Below, one piece after another: positions 26,012 to 33,853 of a stretch of DNA of 47,892 nucleotides. The notes beneath the pieces are model-generated. The model worked only from the letters and a program-made list of their open reading frames with translations. It did not search any database and was not told where the DNA came from. Source of the DNA: a virus; the IMG/VR virus record IMGVR_UViG_3300045996_000711, positions 1 to 47,892 of that record. The stretch is one strand, 5' to 3'. Each line of letters starts with the position of its first letter. Positions within the stretch are counted from its first letter, which is position 1. A program made the translations under genes and the position numbers.

Positions 26012-26488
26012 TTAGGTGGTCTTAGGCGTCATAGTCGGATCACCCGACACCTGAACGCCAACGGTCGCCGTAATCAGTGCATTTAGGCTGAAGTCGAAGG
26101 CGTATGAATTTACGAAGCCTTCAAACGAAACCCATGTACGAGTCGTCGGGAGGATAAATCCACACTCATCATCCGATTCTGTCTGCCCGGTCGGATCAAT
26201 ACCAATCCCATCGGGAAAACCAATCGTCCATTGCAAATTAGTGCCTGCCGATTTCAACTCAAGCAATCGGACGTGCGACGGGTCCTGTGGGTCAAGCGAC
26301 AATGCAAAGGACGCTGTGCCAGGAGTGGCTAGGCCCGCTTCATAGGTGCGGGCAGTCGATTCTAAGCAGGTTGTTTCAAGCTGCTCGATAGTAGAATCAA
26401 GCCCGGTGATGCTCGTCGGGCAGCCAACCTGCACAACGGAACAATCAGCCGGGTCCAAGAAATAAAGCTCGGTACCAGCAGTACGCAT
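26012..26488 (-). CDS. Major tail tube protein
   Basis: 158 aa in the canonical position upstream of the chaperones. Flanked by hairpin-rich intergenic regions. Confidence 0.65.
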   Translation of the reverse strand: MRTAGTELYFLDPADCSVVQVGCPTSITGLDSTIEQLETTCLESTARTYEAGLATPGTASFALSLDPQDPSHVRLLELKSAGTNLQWTIGFPDGIGIDPTGQTESDDECGFILPTTRTWVSFEGFVNSYAFDFSLNALITATVGVQVSGDPTMTPKTT

Positions 26489-26577
26489 TTGAAATCTCCA
26501 TCGATGGGATTAGCTGCCTCTCGGCAGGTATACGGCTGTCTCAACGACAGTCGTTTTCCGGGTTGTACACCCCGGAA

Positions 26578-26952
26578 CTAGCTAGACCTCTCGGTCCAAA
26601 ACTCTACAGTAAAACTGACGCGGTACAGGCCAGTGGCTTGCTCCCATTCCTCGCCATTATAGGAAACTATGTGGTTGAAAGTGGCTTCATAAGCGTCACG
26701 AAGTGCGTTGAAGACTTGCTGCGCTTGCGATGCCGTCTTGCCGTAGCAATCGAACTGGACGCCGGCTAGGTCTTCCTTGGGGATACAGGACAGAGAGTTG
26801 TCAGGGTTCCCATAAACCAACTGATGCACAGCGTAGGGGCGAACCTCATTCTGAGGAACGTGGCCGAAGGGCCACAGCCGAACCGGGGAGGTGCCGATGA
26901 CCGCCGTTACGGCTGAGTCTGCGGATGCGATCGGAAAGGCGGGATATGTCAC
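26578..26952 (-). CDS. DUF3168-like tail completion / head-tail joining protein
   Basis: 124 aa. IGTSPVRLWPFGHVPQNEVRPYAVHQLV....VQFDCYGKT fits the DUF3168 pattern. Confidence 0.6.
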   Translation of the reverse strand: MTYPAFPIASADSAVTAVIGTSPVRLWPFGHVPQNEVRPYAVHQLVYGNPDNSLSCIPKEDLAGVQFDCYGKTASQAQQVFNALRDAYEATFNHIVSYNGEEWEQATGLYRVSFTVEFWTERSS

Positions 26953-27419
26953 TTCGCCCCCAACTTCCTCAGCTCTTTGTCCATTTCTATGTTCATAGCA
27001 GCGACCGTTGCACTGATGGCTTTCTCGGCGCTAGATGAGGCAGCAGAACGGAGAAAAGGTCGAGCAGCAATCTTGCTCGTCCCCATTTCTAGGTATCGCC
27101 AATAGAAAGTATCGCCGCCAGGGGATGAAGGATCGCCGCCTGTAGACCGAGCTCCGCCTAGAACGCCAACGCGCATACCAACCCCGGCAGCCTGCCTCTC
27201 ACGCTTGCGGCCCATGCCCTGGGTGACGATGTTCTTCCAGATAGCCTCGCGGGTCAGGTTGTCGTCTAGGGCCTTAGCGTTAACCCGGGCTTGGTCACGG
27301 ATCACATTGGCACCCTTACGCAGCGCGCGGCGCATGGCATTTCGGCCGATCCGCTCTGGCAGGAGCTTCAGCTTGCGAACAATCTCATCTGCCCCTGTGA
27401 TGGAGGTTGTGACTTGCAT
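26949..27419 (-). CDS. HK97 gp10-family head-tail joining protein
   Basis: 156 aa. ITGADEIVRKLKLLPERIGRNAMRRALRKGANVIRDQARVNA is typical of the HK97-gp10 family. Confidence 0.7.
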   Translation of the reverse strand: MQVTTSITGADEIVRKLKLLPERIGRNAMRRALRKGANVIRDQARVNAKALDDNLTREAIWKNIVTQGMGRKRERQAAGVGMRVGVLGGARSTGGDPSSPGGDTFYWRYLEMGTSKIAARPFLRSAASSSAEKAISATVAAMNIEMDKELRKLGAK

Positions 27420-28084
27420 TAGCCAACCGTCTCCAAAAGCCTACGCTCATGGTGCCATAAATCGGCGTAGGGCGCATCATGGTAGGCGGGGAAGGCAGGC
27501 GTTCCGGCGGTGTGGTGGATGAGCTTGGCGCCCTCTCCGGGCTGGCCTTCGTCTACAAGTCGATTCCACTCGTCGGGCAGCCAGCCGATTTCAGCGGTCC
27601 AGCGGAACTCAAGAAGATCGCGGGTTGGCATAGTCGCCAGGGTTTCAGGGGTGAAAGCCTGCCAGTCGGGATGCTCGCAATTCGCTATGAACAGGCTTGC
27701 CCAGTTTTTCCTCGGATAATCCATGTTCGGGCATTCCATCGAGGTTCCCCGGTACTTGGTACGGTGCCGGGTCTTGTAATCGGGGTGTTTGACTACCTGT
27801 ACCGCGTATTCAGGATTAACTAGACTGTCAAGTTCAGTAATGTCCCCCAGCATGAGCATGTCGGAGGCGTCGCAGAAGATCGCATGGCCCTTAAACCCAC
27901 ACAGCCAAGGGACTAAAAACCTCGAAACAGTGAAGGAGTTAGAGCCTTCTGGAAGGCCCATGGACGAGAGCGGTATGAACTCTACGGGGCGCGATGCACG
28001 TCGGATCACGGAATGGCAGAAGACGCTGTAGCCGATGGCCTCGCGCTCATCCCATCCCGCAAATACCTTAATTGGCCGCGACAT
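27419..28084 (-). CDS. GT-A fold glycosyltransferase (GT8-like, DXD)
   Basis: 221 aa. FTVSRFLVPWLCGFKGHAIFCDASDMLMLGDITEL matches the GT8 pattern Y.R..iP.l......lylD.D.iv..di.eL. TAATG overlap with the gp10-like start. Confidence 0.55.
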   Translation of the reverse strand: MSRPIKVFAGWDEREAIGYSVFCHSVIRRASRPVEFIPLSSMGLPEGSNSFTVSRFLVPWLCGFKGHAIFCDASDMLMLGDITELDSLVNPEYAVQVVKHPDYKTRHRTKYRGTSMECPNMDYPRKNWASLFIANCEHPDWQAFTPETLATMPTRDLLEFRWTAEIGWLPDEWNRLVDEGQPGEGAKLIHHTAGTPAFPAYHDAPYADLWHHERRLLETVG

Positions 28085-28598
28085 TCGGCTTCACAGCCTC
28101 CATCCTAAAATCCCGCCTTTCACGTCCCACAGGATGGAATTCAGTCTTCTTCTCAACCAACTTAATGAAACCTGCTTCTTTAACTAGTGGTGATAAGCTA
28201 TTGAAATGCCAAGACCATTTGTGGATCATCAGCGGATCTTTTAGACGGCTATCTCCGAAAATCCCCCACATGCCAGCTTGGTCAGGATGTTTGCCGGCGT
28301 AGGTGTAACCTTCAACGATATTCTTCGCGCATTTCAGGATATCGGGCATCTCCATAACTAACCTTCCTCCTGGCTTGAGTAGTCGGAACCACTCTTTCAG
28401 AAGGCCACAGACTTCCCAGTGATGGACATGTTCAACTACATGAATTGCTATGATTTCATCCACGCTATTATCTGGCAGCGGAATGTTGTCAGCGGGAGCC
28501 ACAATATCGGCAGCAGGACGCGGGACTACATCAACCCCGGTATATCCTGGAAGCCGGCGACCTCCGCACCCCACATTAAGCTTCAGCGGTTCTTTCAT
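28068..28598 (-). CDS. Class I SAM-dependent methyltransferase
   Basis: 176 aa from ATG 28598 (ATGA overlap). Motif I LNVGCGG, DNSVDEIIAIHVVEHV, and LLKPGGRLVMEMPD. Confidence 0.75.
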   Translation of the reverse strand: MKEPLKLNVGCGGRRLPGYTGVDVVPRPAADIVAPADNIPLPDNSVDEIIAIHVVEHVHHWEVCGLLKEWFRLLKPGGRLVMEMPDILKCAKNIVEGYTYAGKHPDQAGMWGIFGDSRLKDPLMIHKWSWHFNSLSPLVKEAGFIKLVEKKTEFHPVGRERRDFRMEAVKPNVAAN

Positions 28599-29308
28599 AT
28601 CCTCGCCTCTATGAATATCCAAGCCTGCTCGGCTTCCTCGGCCTTCCACTGCCACCAAGCTAGCCGCCTGAGAAAGTCTAGCCTGTTTTCGGTCGTAAAG
28701 GGCTTATCCCGGAGCCAGAGAGCAGCCCCATCCGAGCATTCAAAGGGTACCCCGGCAATGATGGCGTCGATAGCGCAGTTGCTATGGCGGCAGACCAAGA
28801 GGGAGGCGCCTTTGAGGAAGGATTCAATGGGTCGCTTGTCCTGCTTGGCCTTAAGAATCGAGCCGGGATACCGCCGCCTCATCTTGGCCTCCCAATTTTG
28901 GAGATTGAGGAACCGCTTGGACTTCTCGCCCATGCCGGCCACGATTACCCTTCCCTTGGGCCTGTAGTCCTCACGCAGTCCAACCCCAAAAGCTTCCCAG
29001 CGAGTAGGGTCCGATGAAGTCCCCTCAATCAGTTCAGGGCTAGCGTGCCATCGATCCAGGCTAAGGCGGCAGTACCCATCGTGCTTCCCGAAATACCCCA
29101 AGTCCCACAGGATGGCACGCCCCCCGGCTTCCACATGCTGGCTAACGACTGCCGCATGGTCGGGCCGGCCATAACCCCAAAGCATCAATAGACTCTCCGA
29201 ACCCGTGTACTGGCTAACGATCCGGCAATCTCGCTGGCCTGCCATGGCCTCTAGAATCTTATGAGCGCGCCTTGAGTCGCGGTTATCTAGAAGCACCTCA
29301 CAGCCCAC
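28595..29308 (-). CDS. Putative glycosyltransferase-like protein, paralog A (Capsule_synth/KpsS-like?)
   Basis: 237 aa (GTG start uncertain). RVIVAGMGEKS...SLLVCRHSNCAIDAIIAGVPFEC...FLRRLAWWQWKAEEAEQAW parallels 30615..31334. Confidence 0.35.
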   Translation of the reverse strand: MGCEVLLDNRDSRRAHKILEAMAGQRDCRIVSQYTGSESLLMLWGYGRPDHAAVVSQHVEAGGRAILWDLGYFGKHDGYCRLSLDRWHASPELIEGTSSDPTRWEAFGVGLREDYRPKGRVIVAGMGEKSKRFLNLQNWEAKMRRRYPGSILKAKQDKRPIESFLKGASLLVCRHSNCAIDAIIAGVPFECSDGAALWLRDKPFTTENRLDFLRRLAWWQWKAEEAEQAWIFIEARI

Positions 29309-30122
29309 GTAGGAAATCCTTCAGCATCACTGCTGCATGTTCCACGGGAAACCTTTTCTGAATGAACCTGTCGCTGATAGTCTCACGCGCGCCCTGATCC
29401 ACCAACCAATCAAACGACATAGCGAGTTGGGCGGGCGTCTCGGCCCAATATTCAGCGCCGCTGGCGTTCTCTAGATATCCCGTTTCCGGACTTCCAACAA
29501 AAGGGGTTCCGCTGGCGTGGGCGTTCTGAAGCTTAATTGCCGATTTCCAGTGCCGCCCTACGTAACCGGGGTTGTCCCGGAAGGCCACGACGATATCTAG
29601 GTCAGAAAGGCTGCTTGGATTCACCACGAACTCACAGCCTCGTTTTTTGCACTCTTCGTTGACCATATCCGTCCACTTGCCGAGATAGGCGGGGGAACCT
29701 TCATAGCCCACCTTGCTGACCTTCTCGCGGATAGGGTTGGCTTTTATCCCGATTCGGTGATGATGAGGCAACACCAGTCCCGGAAGACCAGTATCGCAGT
29801 CATCCCGCATCCGCTGATTCGGCCAGATGATGGCGGTCGCTGATAGAGCCTTGATCTTGGATCGGACCCAAGCTACCGCGTCAGCCTTATCCCAGCGGTA
29901 GGCCACCGGTTGCGGAAACGCGTCTACGATGTCCCAAGCCCATTTACGGCCATTGAGCTTGGCGATTACCTCAGGCGGCGTACGCTTTACGACTACGGTC
30001 ACATCATGGTCAGTCGGGCCGGTCATGGGCTTTATATCGGCACCAAGGGCCGCGCCGAGTTGTTCCCCACGCATTTGCCAGCTACCTGACTTTCCGCCCT
30101 TCCCGGTCACCAGTATTTTCAT
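29298..30122 (-). CDS. Putative GT-B fold glycosyltransferase
   Basis: 274 aa. MKILVTGKGGKSGSWQMRGEQLGAALG looks like a Rossmann N-terminus. C-terminal HWKSAIKLQNAHASGTPFVGSPETGY resembles the GT-B donor-binding helix. Confidence 0.4.
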   Translation of the reverse strand: MKILVTGKGGKSGSWQMRGEQLGAALGADIKPMTGPTDHDVTVVVKRTPPEVIAKLNGRKWAWDIVDAFPQPVAYRWDKADAVAWVRSKIKALSATAIIWPNQRMRDDCDTGLPGLVLPHHHRIGIKANPIREKVSKVGYEGSPAYLGKWTDMVNEECKKRGCEFVVNPSSLSDLDIVVAFRDNPGYVGRHWKSAIKLQNAHASGTPFVGSPETGYLENASGAEYWAETPAQLAMSFDWLVDQGARETISDRFIQKRFPVEHAAVMLKDFLRGL

Positions 30123-30655
30123 TTTCGCCCAAACCCCACCACTTCTGAACGAATGATATAGGGGAACCCGTCTTTCTTCACTATCGGTATTTTCGGGCCT
30201 TCATAAAGTTCATCGGCACATATCGCCATAGCTTGCCATGCGATATCGGGGAAAAGGGATCGGACCCCGGCCGGAGTCATGCGCCAATAGTCATCGGGAT
30301 AGGCATGAATACGCCACGCAAAAGGAACCGCCAAGAATAGAGTCCCATTCGGCTCAAGCATTTGTTCAAGATTCTCCGCCAATAGCCACGGTCGGCGGGA
30401 ATGTTCTAGAACGCTCAGGCATTCAATGTGGCTGAAAGTCCCTAAGTCATTAGGCTCTTCCAAATTGCATACGACATCCACACCTTCGCCCTCTACCATG
30501 TCTACCCCCAGCACGGATTTAAACAGGGGCCGTCGATCTACGCGGCCCCGGTACACACGGGAGCCAACAATAAGCGTGCGGCCTTCTTTTGGCCTTACGT
30601 GATCGGCCTGAAATCTATCTAAGGAGGACATGGGCAAAGGCTTCACCGCTCTCAA
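30119..30655 (-). CDS. Class I SAM-dependent methyltransferase (second copy, divergent)
   Basis: 178 aa. TLIVGSRVY..., GVDVVCNLEE, FSHIECLSVLEHSRRPW, MLEPNGTLFLAVPF. Confidence 0.55.
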   Translation of the reverse strand: MRAVKPLPMSSLDRFQADHVRPKEGRTLIVGSRVYRGRVDRRPLFKSVLGVDMVEGEGVDVVCNLEEPNDLGTFSHIECLSVLEHSRRPWLLAENLEQMLEPNGTLFLAVPFAWRIHAYPDDYWRMTPAGVRSLFPDIAWQAMAICADELYEGPKIPIVKKDGFPYIIRSEVVGFGRK

Positions 30656-31334
30656 TCTCCTTGATTTGCCACTGCGCCCACGCCAAGCGGCGGAACATCT
30701 CTATCCGCCCTTCAGGGGTATTGTCCTGTTCGGCGACCCAATGCGGCATTTCAGACACGACAGGAATCCCCCACATCAGCGCCTTGACCGCACTTCCACT
30801 ACCCCAAGTCACAGTCCGTCCAGCATGCGCCAAATCCTGTTCCAGCGGCTTGCAGACCTTGGTGCCGGGGTGTGGCCGGATACGACCACCGTAGCGCCTG
30901 AGAGCGTCCTGGGGCCAGCCTGACGGCATTCTTGTAGGGGGCGACCCTATCCCGCGCTGGGGTAGTATGACCGTCTCGCCGGACTCTCTAAATGGAGCCA
31001 GATCTACACCTAGCGAATCCCATCTTTCATTACCACCAACCGGGAACCGGGCCGCCGTGTTGTGGTAGTACATCGCCAGTGAGTACCAGCGCCGACCTAA
31101 GAAATCATTCCCCCAAGCGGCGTTCTCGGCCACGATGACCGGCAAACAACGATCTTGGAAGCGCTGGGCGACTGTGTTTCCGGCGTTAATTCTTCCCCAC
31201 GTGATGAAACAGTCGCGCTCGCCGATTCGGTCGGGAAGACCAATCTCTGCCCTATATCCCAGCCGCTCAATGCCAGATACGAAGGCTCTCAGCCTTTCTG
31301 GCACTGTATAACGCAAGTTGAGCCATGCTCTCAT
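30615..31334 (-). CDS. Putative glycosyltransferase-like protein, paralog B
   Basis: 239 aa. ETVILPQRGIGS...RTVTWGSGSAVKALMWGIPVVSE...MFRRLAWAQWQIKEIESGEAF. Confidence 0.35.
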   Translation of the reverse strand: MRAWLNLRYTVPERLRAFVSGIERLGYRAEIGLPDRIGERDCFITWGRINAGNTVAQRFQDRCLPVIVAENAAWGNDFLGRRWYSLAMYYHNTAARFPVGGNERWDSLGVDLAPFRESGETVILPQRGIGSPPTRMPSGWPQDALRRYGGRIRPHPGTKVCKPLEQDLAHAGRTVTWGSGSAVKALMWGIPVVSEMPHWVAEQDNTPEGRIEMFRRLAWAQWQIKEIESGEAFAHVLLR

Positions 31335-31528
31335 TCCAGCGTTGCCGCTTTGCCTACTTCAAAACCGACGCTATAGGCATGATTTAATAAGTTGCAAATC
31401 TTTTCTATATTTTCAATATCTCTTCCGCTCATCATGGGGATATCCCCTTGGGCGAAGATAAAATGTTTCGCAAATGGACCAATTCCGCGACTTATAACAT
31501 AGAACTCATCATGAGATTCGCTAGCCAT
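31331..31528 (-). CDS. Hypothetical protein (65 aa) within the transferase cassette
   Basis: ATGA-coupled ORF. Locally AT-rich. Confidence 0.45.
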   Translation of the reverse strand: MASESHDEFYVISRGIGPFAKHFIFAQGDIPMMSGRDIENIEKICNLLNHAYSVGFEVGKAATLE

Positions 31529-31716
31529 TACCCTACTACCTTTACATCCTTGCTTCCGGTATAGCCGAGCTGCCTTTGTTTGGAAGCCTTGGCTTCTTCA
31601 AGAGTTGCGTAATTGGAAACCCAGTGCCATTCCGTAGGAAAAATCCAGAACTGTACAATACGTACCTGAAGCATATATCCGGGTTCAACCTGAATTATCC
31701 TAAATTCTTTCTTCAT
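31528..31716 (-). CDS. Hypothetical protein (62 aa) within the transferase cassette
   Basis: Overlap-coupled ORF. Locally AT-rich. Confidence 0.45.
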   Translation of the reverse strand: MKKEFRIIQVEPGYMLQVRIVQFWIFPTEWHWVSNYATLEEAKASKQRQLGYTGSKDVKVVG

Positions 31717-32224
31717 CTAACACATCCTCCAATCTCGCCATTGGGAAACACGTAAGTGCTGAATTTTTAGTGCAATTTACGACTCGAATACCCTTGTTCG
31801 ACCGTGCCCACTGCTCATACTGCTTCATATGGTTGGCCCGCTGCAATGGGGTCGTATTGCGCAGGCCGTTGGTGTACTTGCCGAAGAAGTGGCTGCCCTT
31901 CATGTCGAAGCCTAGAAGTAGGATTTCCGTAGCCCCGAGCATCTTGGCACATTCCAAAGCCAGTACACCCGAGTTACAGACCGAACCCAGCATGGGCAAA
32001 CTTACCTTCTCCGTCTGATTAAACGCAGACATTGAGAATTTCCGGCCATTCAACTTCAAGGCGTCCGGATGTTTCATCCACCAAGACCGGTCAGAGGCGG
32101 CAATGAAGTCAGCCCAGGGGGCTAGCTGAAAGGCGTTACCGATGACGCCTAGAGGAATGTCCCTGGCCTTTTCCGCCTGTTCAGCAGAGGCAGACGGACC
32201 CGGCGCGAGTAACGCCCACTTCAT
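31700..32224 (-). CDS. DUF115/MptE-like (Maf-type) putative glycosyltransferase
   Basis: 174 aa. LLAPGPS...VIGNAF...PDF..A.D...then CNSGVLALECAKMLGATEILLLGFDM matches the DUF115 core (GPS, NSG..A...A..LG...I.L.G.D). Confidence 0.4.
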   Translation of the reverse strand: MKWALLAPGPSASAEQAEKARDIPLGVIGNAFQLAPWADFIAASDRSWWMKHPDALKLNGRKFSMSAFNQTEKVSLPMLGSVCNSGVLALECAKMLGATEILLLGFDMKGSHFFGKYTNGLRNTTPLQRANHMKQYEQWARSNKGIRVVNCTKNSALTCFPMARLEDVLDEERI

Positions 32225-32565
32225 TGGTCAAGCCGTACGCCCTCAGCCACGGCCAGTGTCAGATGCTCCGTGCCTGATTCATTGTCTGGCATTGCTCCGA
32301 GAATACCAAACCATTTGCCACGGTGAACAACTCTCATGGTGGCATCTATGCCTTCTCGGTAGCGAATCTGCATATACCCACGTACTTCGGATTGCTCAGC
32401 ACTAGCGGCTACAAATTCACGAACAGACTGATAGTTTACGTCGGTCCATTGCTCGGAAAAAATTACCCACGACGTTTCAATTTCGCCCGTAACGGGATTT
32501 TGAGTCTCAATAGGGCGCTCAATCCGAGTCCACTTGTTGAGATTCCCAGCAGCGACCGCAGGCAT
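32221..32565 (-). CDS. Head closure / head-tail adaptor protein (SPP1 gp16 / HK97 gp9-like)
   Basis: 114 aa. LNKWTRIERPIETQNPVTGEIETSWVIFSEQWTDVNYQSVREFVAASAEQSEVRGYMQIRY is typical of this family. Confidence 0.7.
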   Translation of the reverse strand: MPAVAAGNLNKWTRIERPIETQNPVTGEIETSWVIFSEQWTDVNYQSVREFVAASAEQSEVRGYMQIRYREGIDATMRVVHRGKWFGILGAMPDNESGTEHLTLAVAEGVRLDQ

Positions 32566-32967
32566 CTAAGCCACCGTACTTTTGCGTAGGCCAGCCAATA
32601 GGGCCGTAGATGTTTTATTGAGGATATAGCCGTACCCAGCATCCGGGGGCACTACGTTGTCTTTTCCTTCGCCTTCACGGAAGCGATAGACAGAACCCAA
32701 TTCAAGCAGCACAGCCGCCTTCACAACCGGTCGGGTAGTCAGAGGAATGGCCGGGATAGGATCGCCGCCAGAATCCAGTAGTGGAATACCAGCCGAATCC
32801 AATTCCGGTACGTATAGGCGAGATTCTACTTTCAGCCACAGCGAGACGGCTTCCGAGATAGCCGGAATAAAGATAGCCAGCCAAGAGTCATCCGCGCCGC
32901 CGCCGCTGTCGTAATCCAGCCTCAGATGCTCGCGGGCTTCCTCCATGGTGACAAGGTCAGTTGCCAT
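32566..32967 (-). CDS. gp6-like head-tail connector protein
   Basis: 133 aa. TMEEAREHLRLDYDSGGGADDSWLAIFIPAISEAVSLWL is typical of the family. Confidence 0.7.
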   Translation of the reverse strand: MATDLVTMEEAREHLRLDYDSGGGADDSWLAIFIPAISEAVSLWLKVESRLYVPELDSAGIPLLDSGGDPIPAIPLTTRPVVKAAVLLELGSVYRFREGEGKDNVVPPDAGYGYILNKTSTALLAGLRKSTVA

Positions 32968-33853
32968 GGAGCTTCACCGGCTCGGGTGGCTTGGCGTCGG
33001 TCTTGTCCTGGCCGTCCCGTCCCTTACGGGCGGCAAGCTGCCAGTCTTGGCAATCGTACGCAGGAAATTCACTGGTGTCCTTGGTGCAAATCCAGAGAGA
33101 CCCGTGCGCAGTCGTGGTATTACCTGCCTGGGCTTTCATTCCCTGGCGCCAGAAACCAATATGTTTCATGACGTTCAGCGGGAAGCGCTGGGTTAGCGAC
33201 TTCTCCCCGCGCTTGTACTCATGCACGATGGCTTCGCCGTCGAACGAAACAGTAAGTTCATCGAAACCTAGCCCGTCTTTACCGTCCTCGCCGCGCTGGC
33301 CGTCTTTGCCGACAACTTGCCCCAACTCTTTGATGGTGCCGTTGCTCAGAGTCAGTAAGAGATTCCCTTCCCGGTCGATCATGGCCCCGGCCACGCCTGC
33401 ACCGTCTTGGCCTTTCTCCCCCACAACCGGATTATTGTTCATGTATTTGGCAACCTGAGCCGCAACCATGTCATCGGAAACAGGCTCAGCGTCTTTACCG
33501 TCCTTGGGTGGATTAGCCGCAAGATATGCAGCGACAGAATCAGCAGCTTGCAAATCCACCAAGGCTACCAACCCATCACTAGCGAGAAGTTCAGCAGCTA
33601 CATCGGACACCAAAATAGGTTCCGCGTCTTTCCCATCTTTGGGCGGATTGGCTTCTAGTGCTTTCTTTACCTCAGAGGCAGCATGGTTTGCCAACACATC
33701 AGACTGCAGTACCTCGGCCACAATATCGGCCGCTATGGGAATCTGCTTGGATTCCAGCGCTTCCAGCTTGGCAAGGATAGGTGCCAACGCCTTGTTCAGA
33801 TGCGCCTCCATCGCCTTGAATACGCCGTCTGCGACCTTCTCAACGTCCATCAT
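32957..33853 (-). CDS. Repeat-containing virion-associated protein with collagen-like G-X-Y tracts
   Basis: 298 aa. Two ~40-aa repeats end in ANPPKDGKDAEP. GEKGQDGAGVAG and GKDGQRGEDGKDG triplets. ATGA overlap with the portal stop. Confidence 0.45.
   Translation of the reverse strand: MMDVEKVADGVFKAMEAHLNKALAPILAKLEALESKQIPIAADIVAEVLQSDVLANHAASEVKKALEANPPKDGKDAEPILVSDVAAELLASDGLVALVDLQAADSVAAYLAANPPKDGKDAEPVSDDMVAAQVAKYMNNNPVVGEKGQDGAGVAGAMIDREGNLLLTLSNGTIKELGQVVGKDGQRGEDGKDGLGFDELTVSFDGEAIVHEYKRGEKSLTQRFPLNVMKHIGFWRQGMKAQAGNTTTAHGSLWICTKDTSEFPAYDCQDWQLAARKGRDGQDKTDAKPPEPVKLHGN

Noticed and set aside
27419-32224. Alternative explanations of the transferase cassette: O-antigen seroconversion (gtrABC-like) or DNA base hypermodification.
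   Set aside because: There is no GtrA/GtrB-like flippase, bactoprenol transferase or polytopic membrane protein. There is no dNMP hydroxymethylase, kinase or other nucleotide-metabolism gene. The cassette is translationally coupled within the virion assembly operon. These alternatives are not excluded experimentally.
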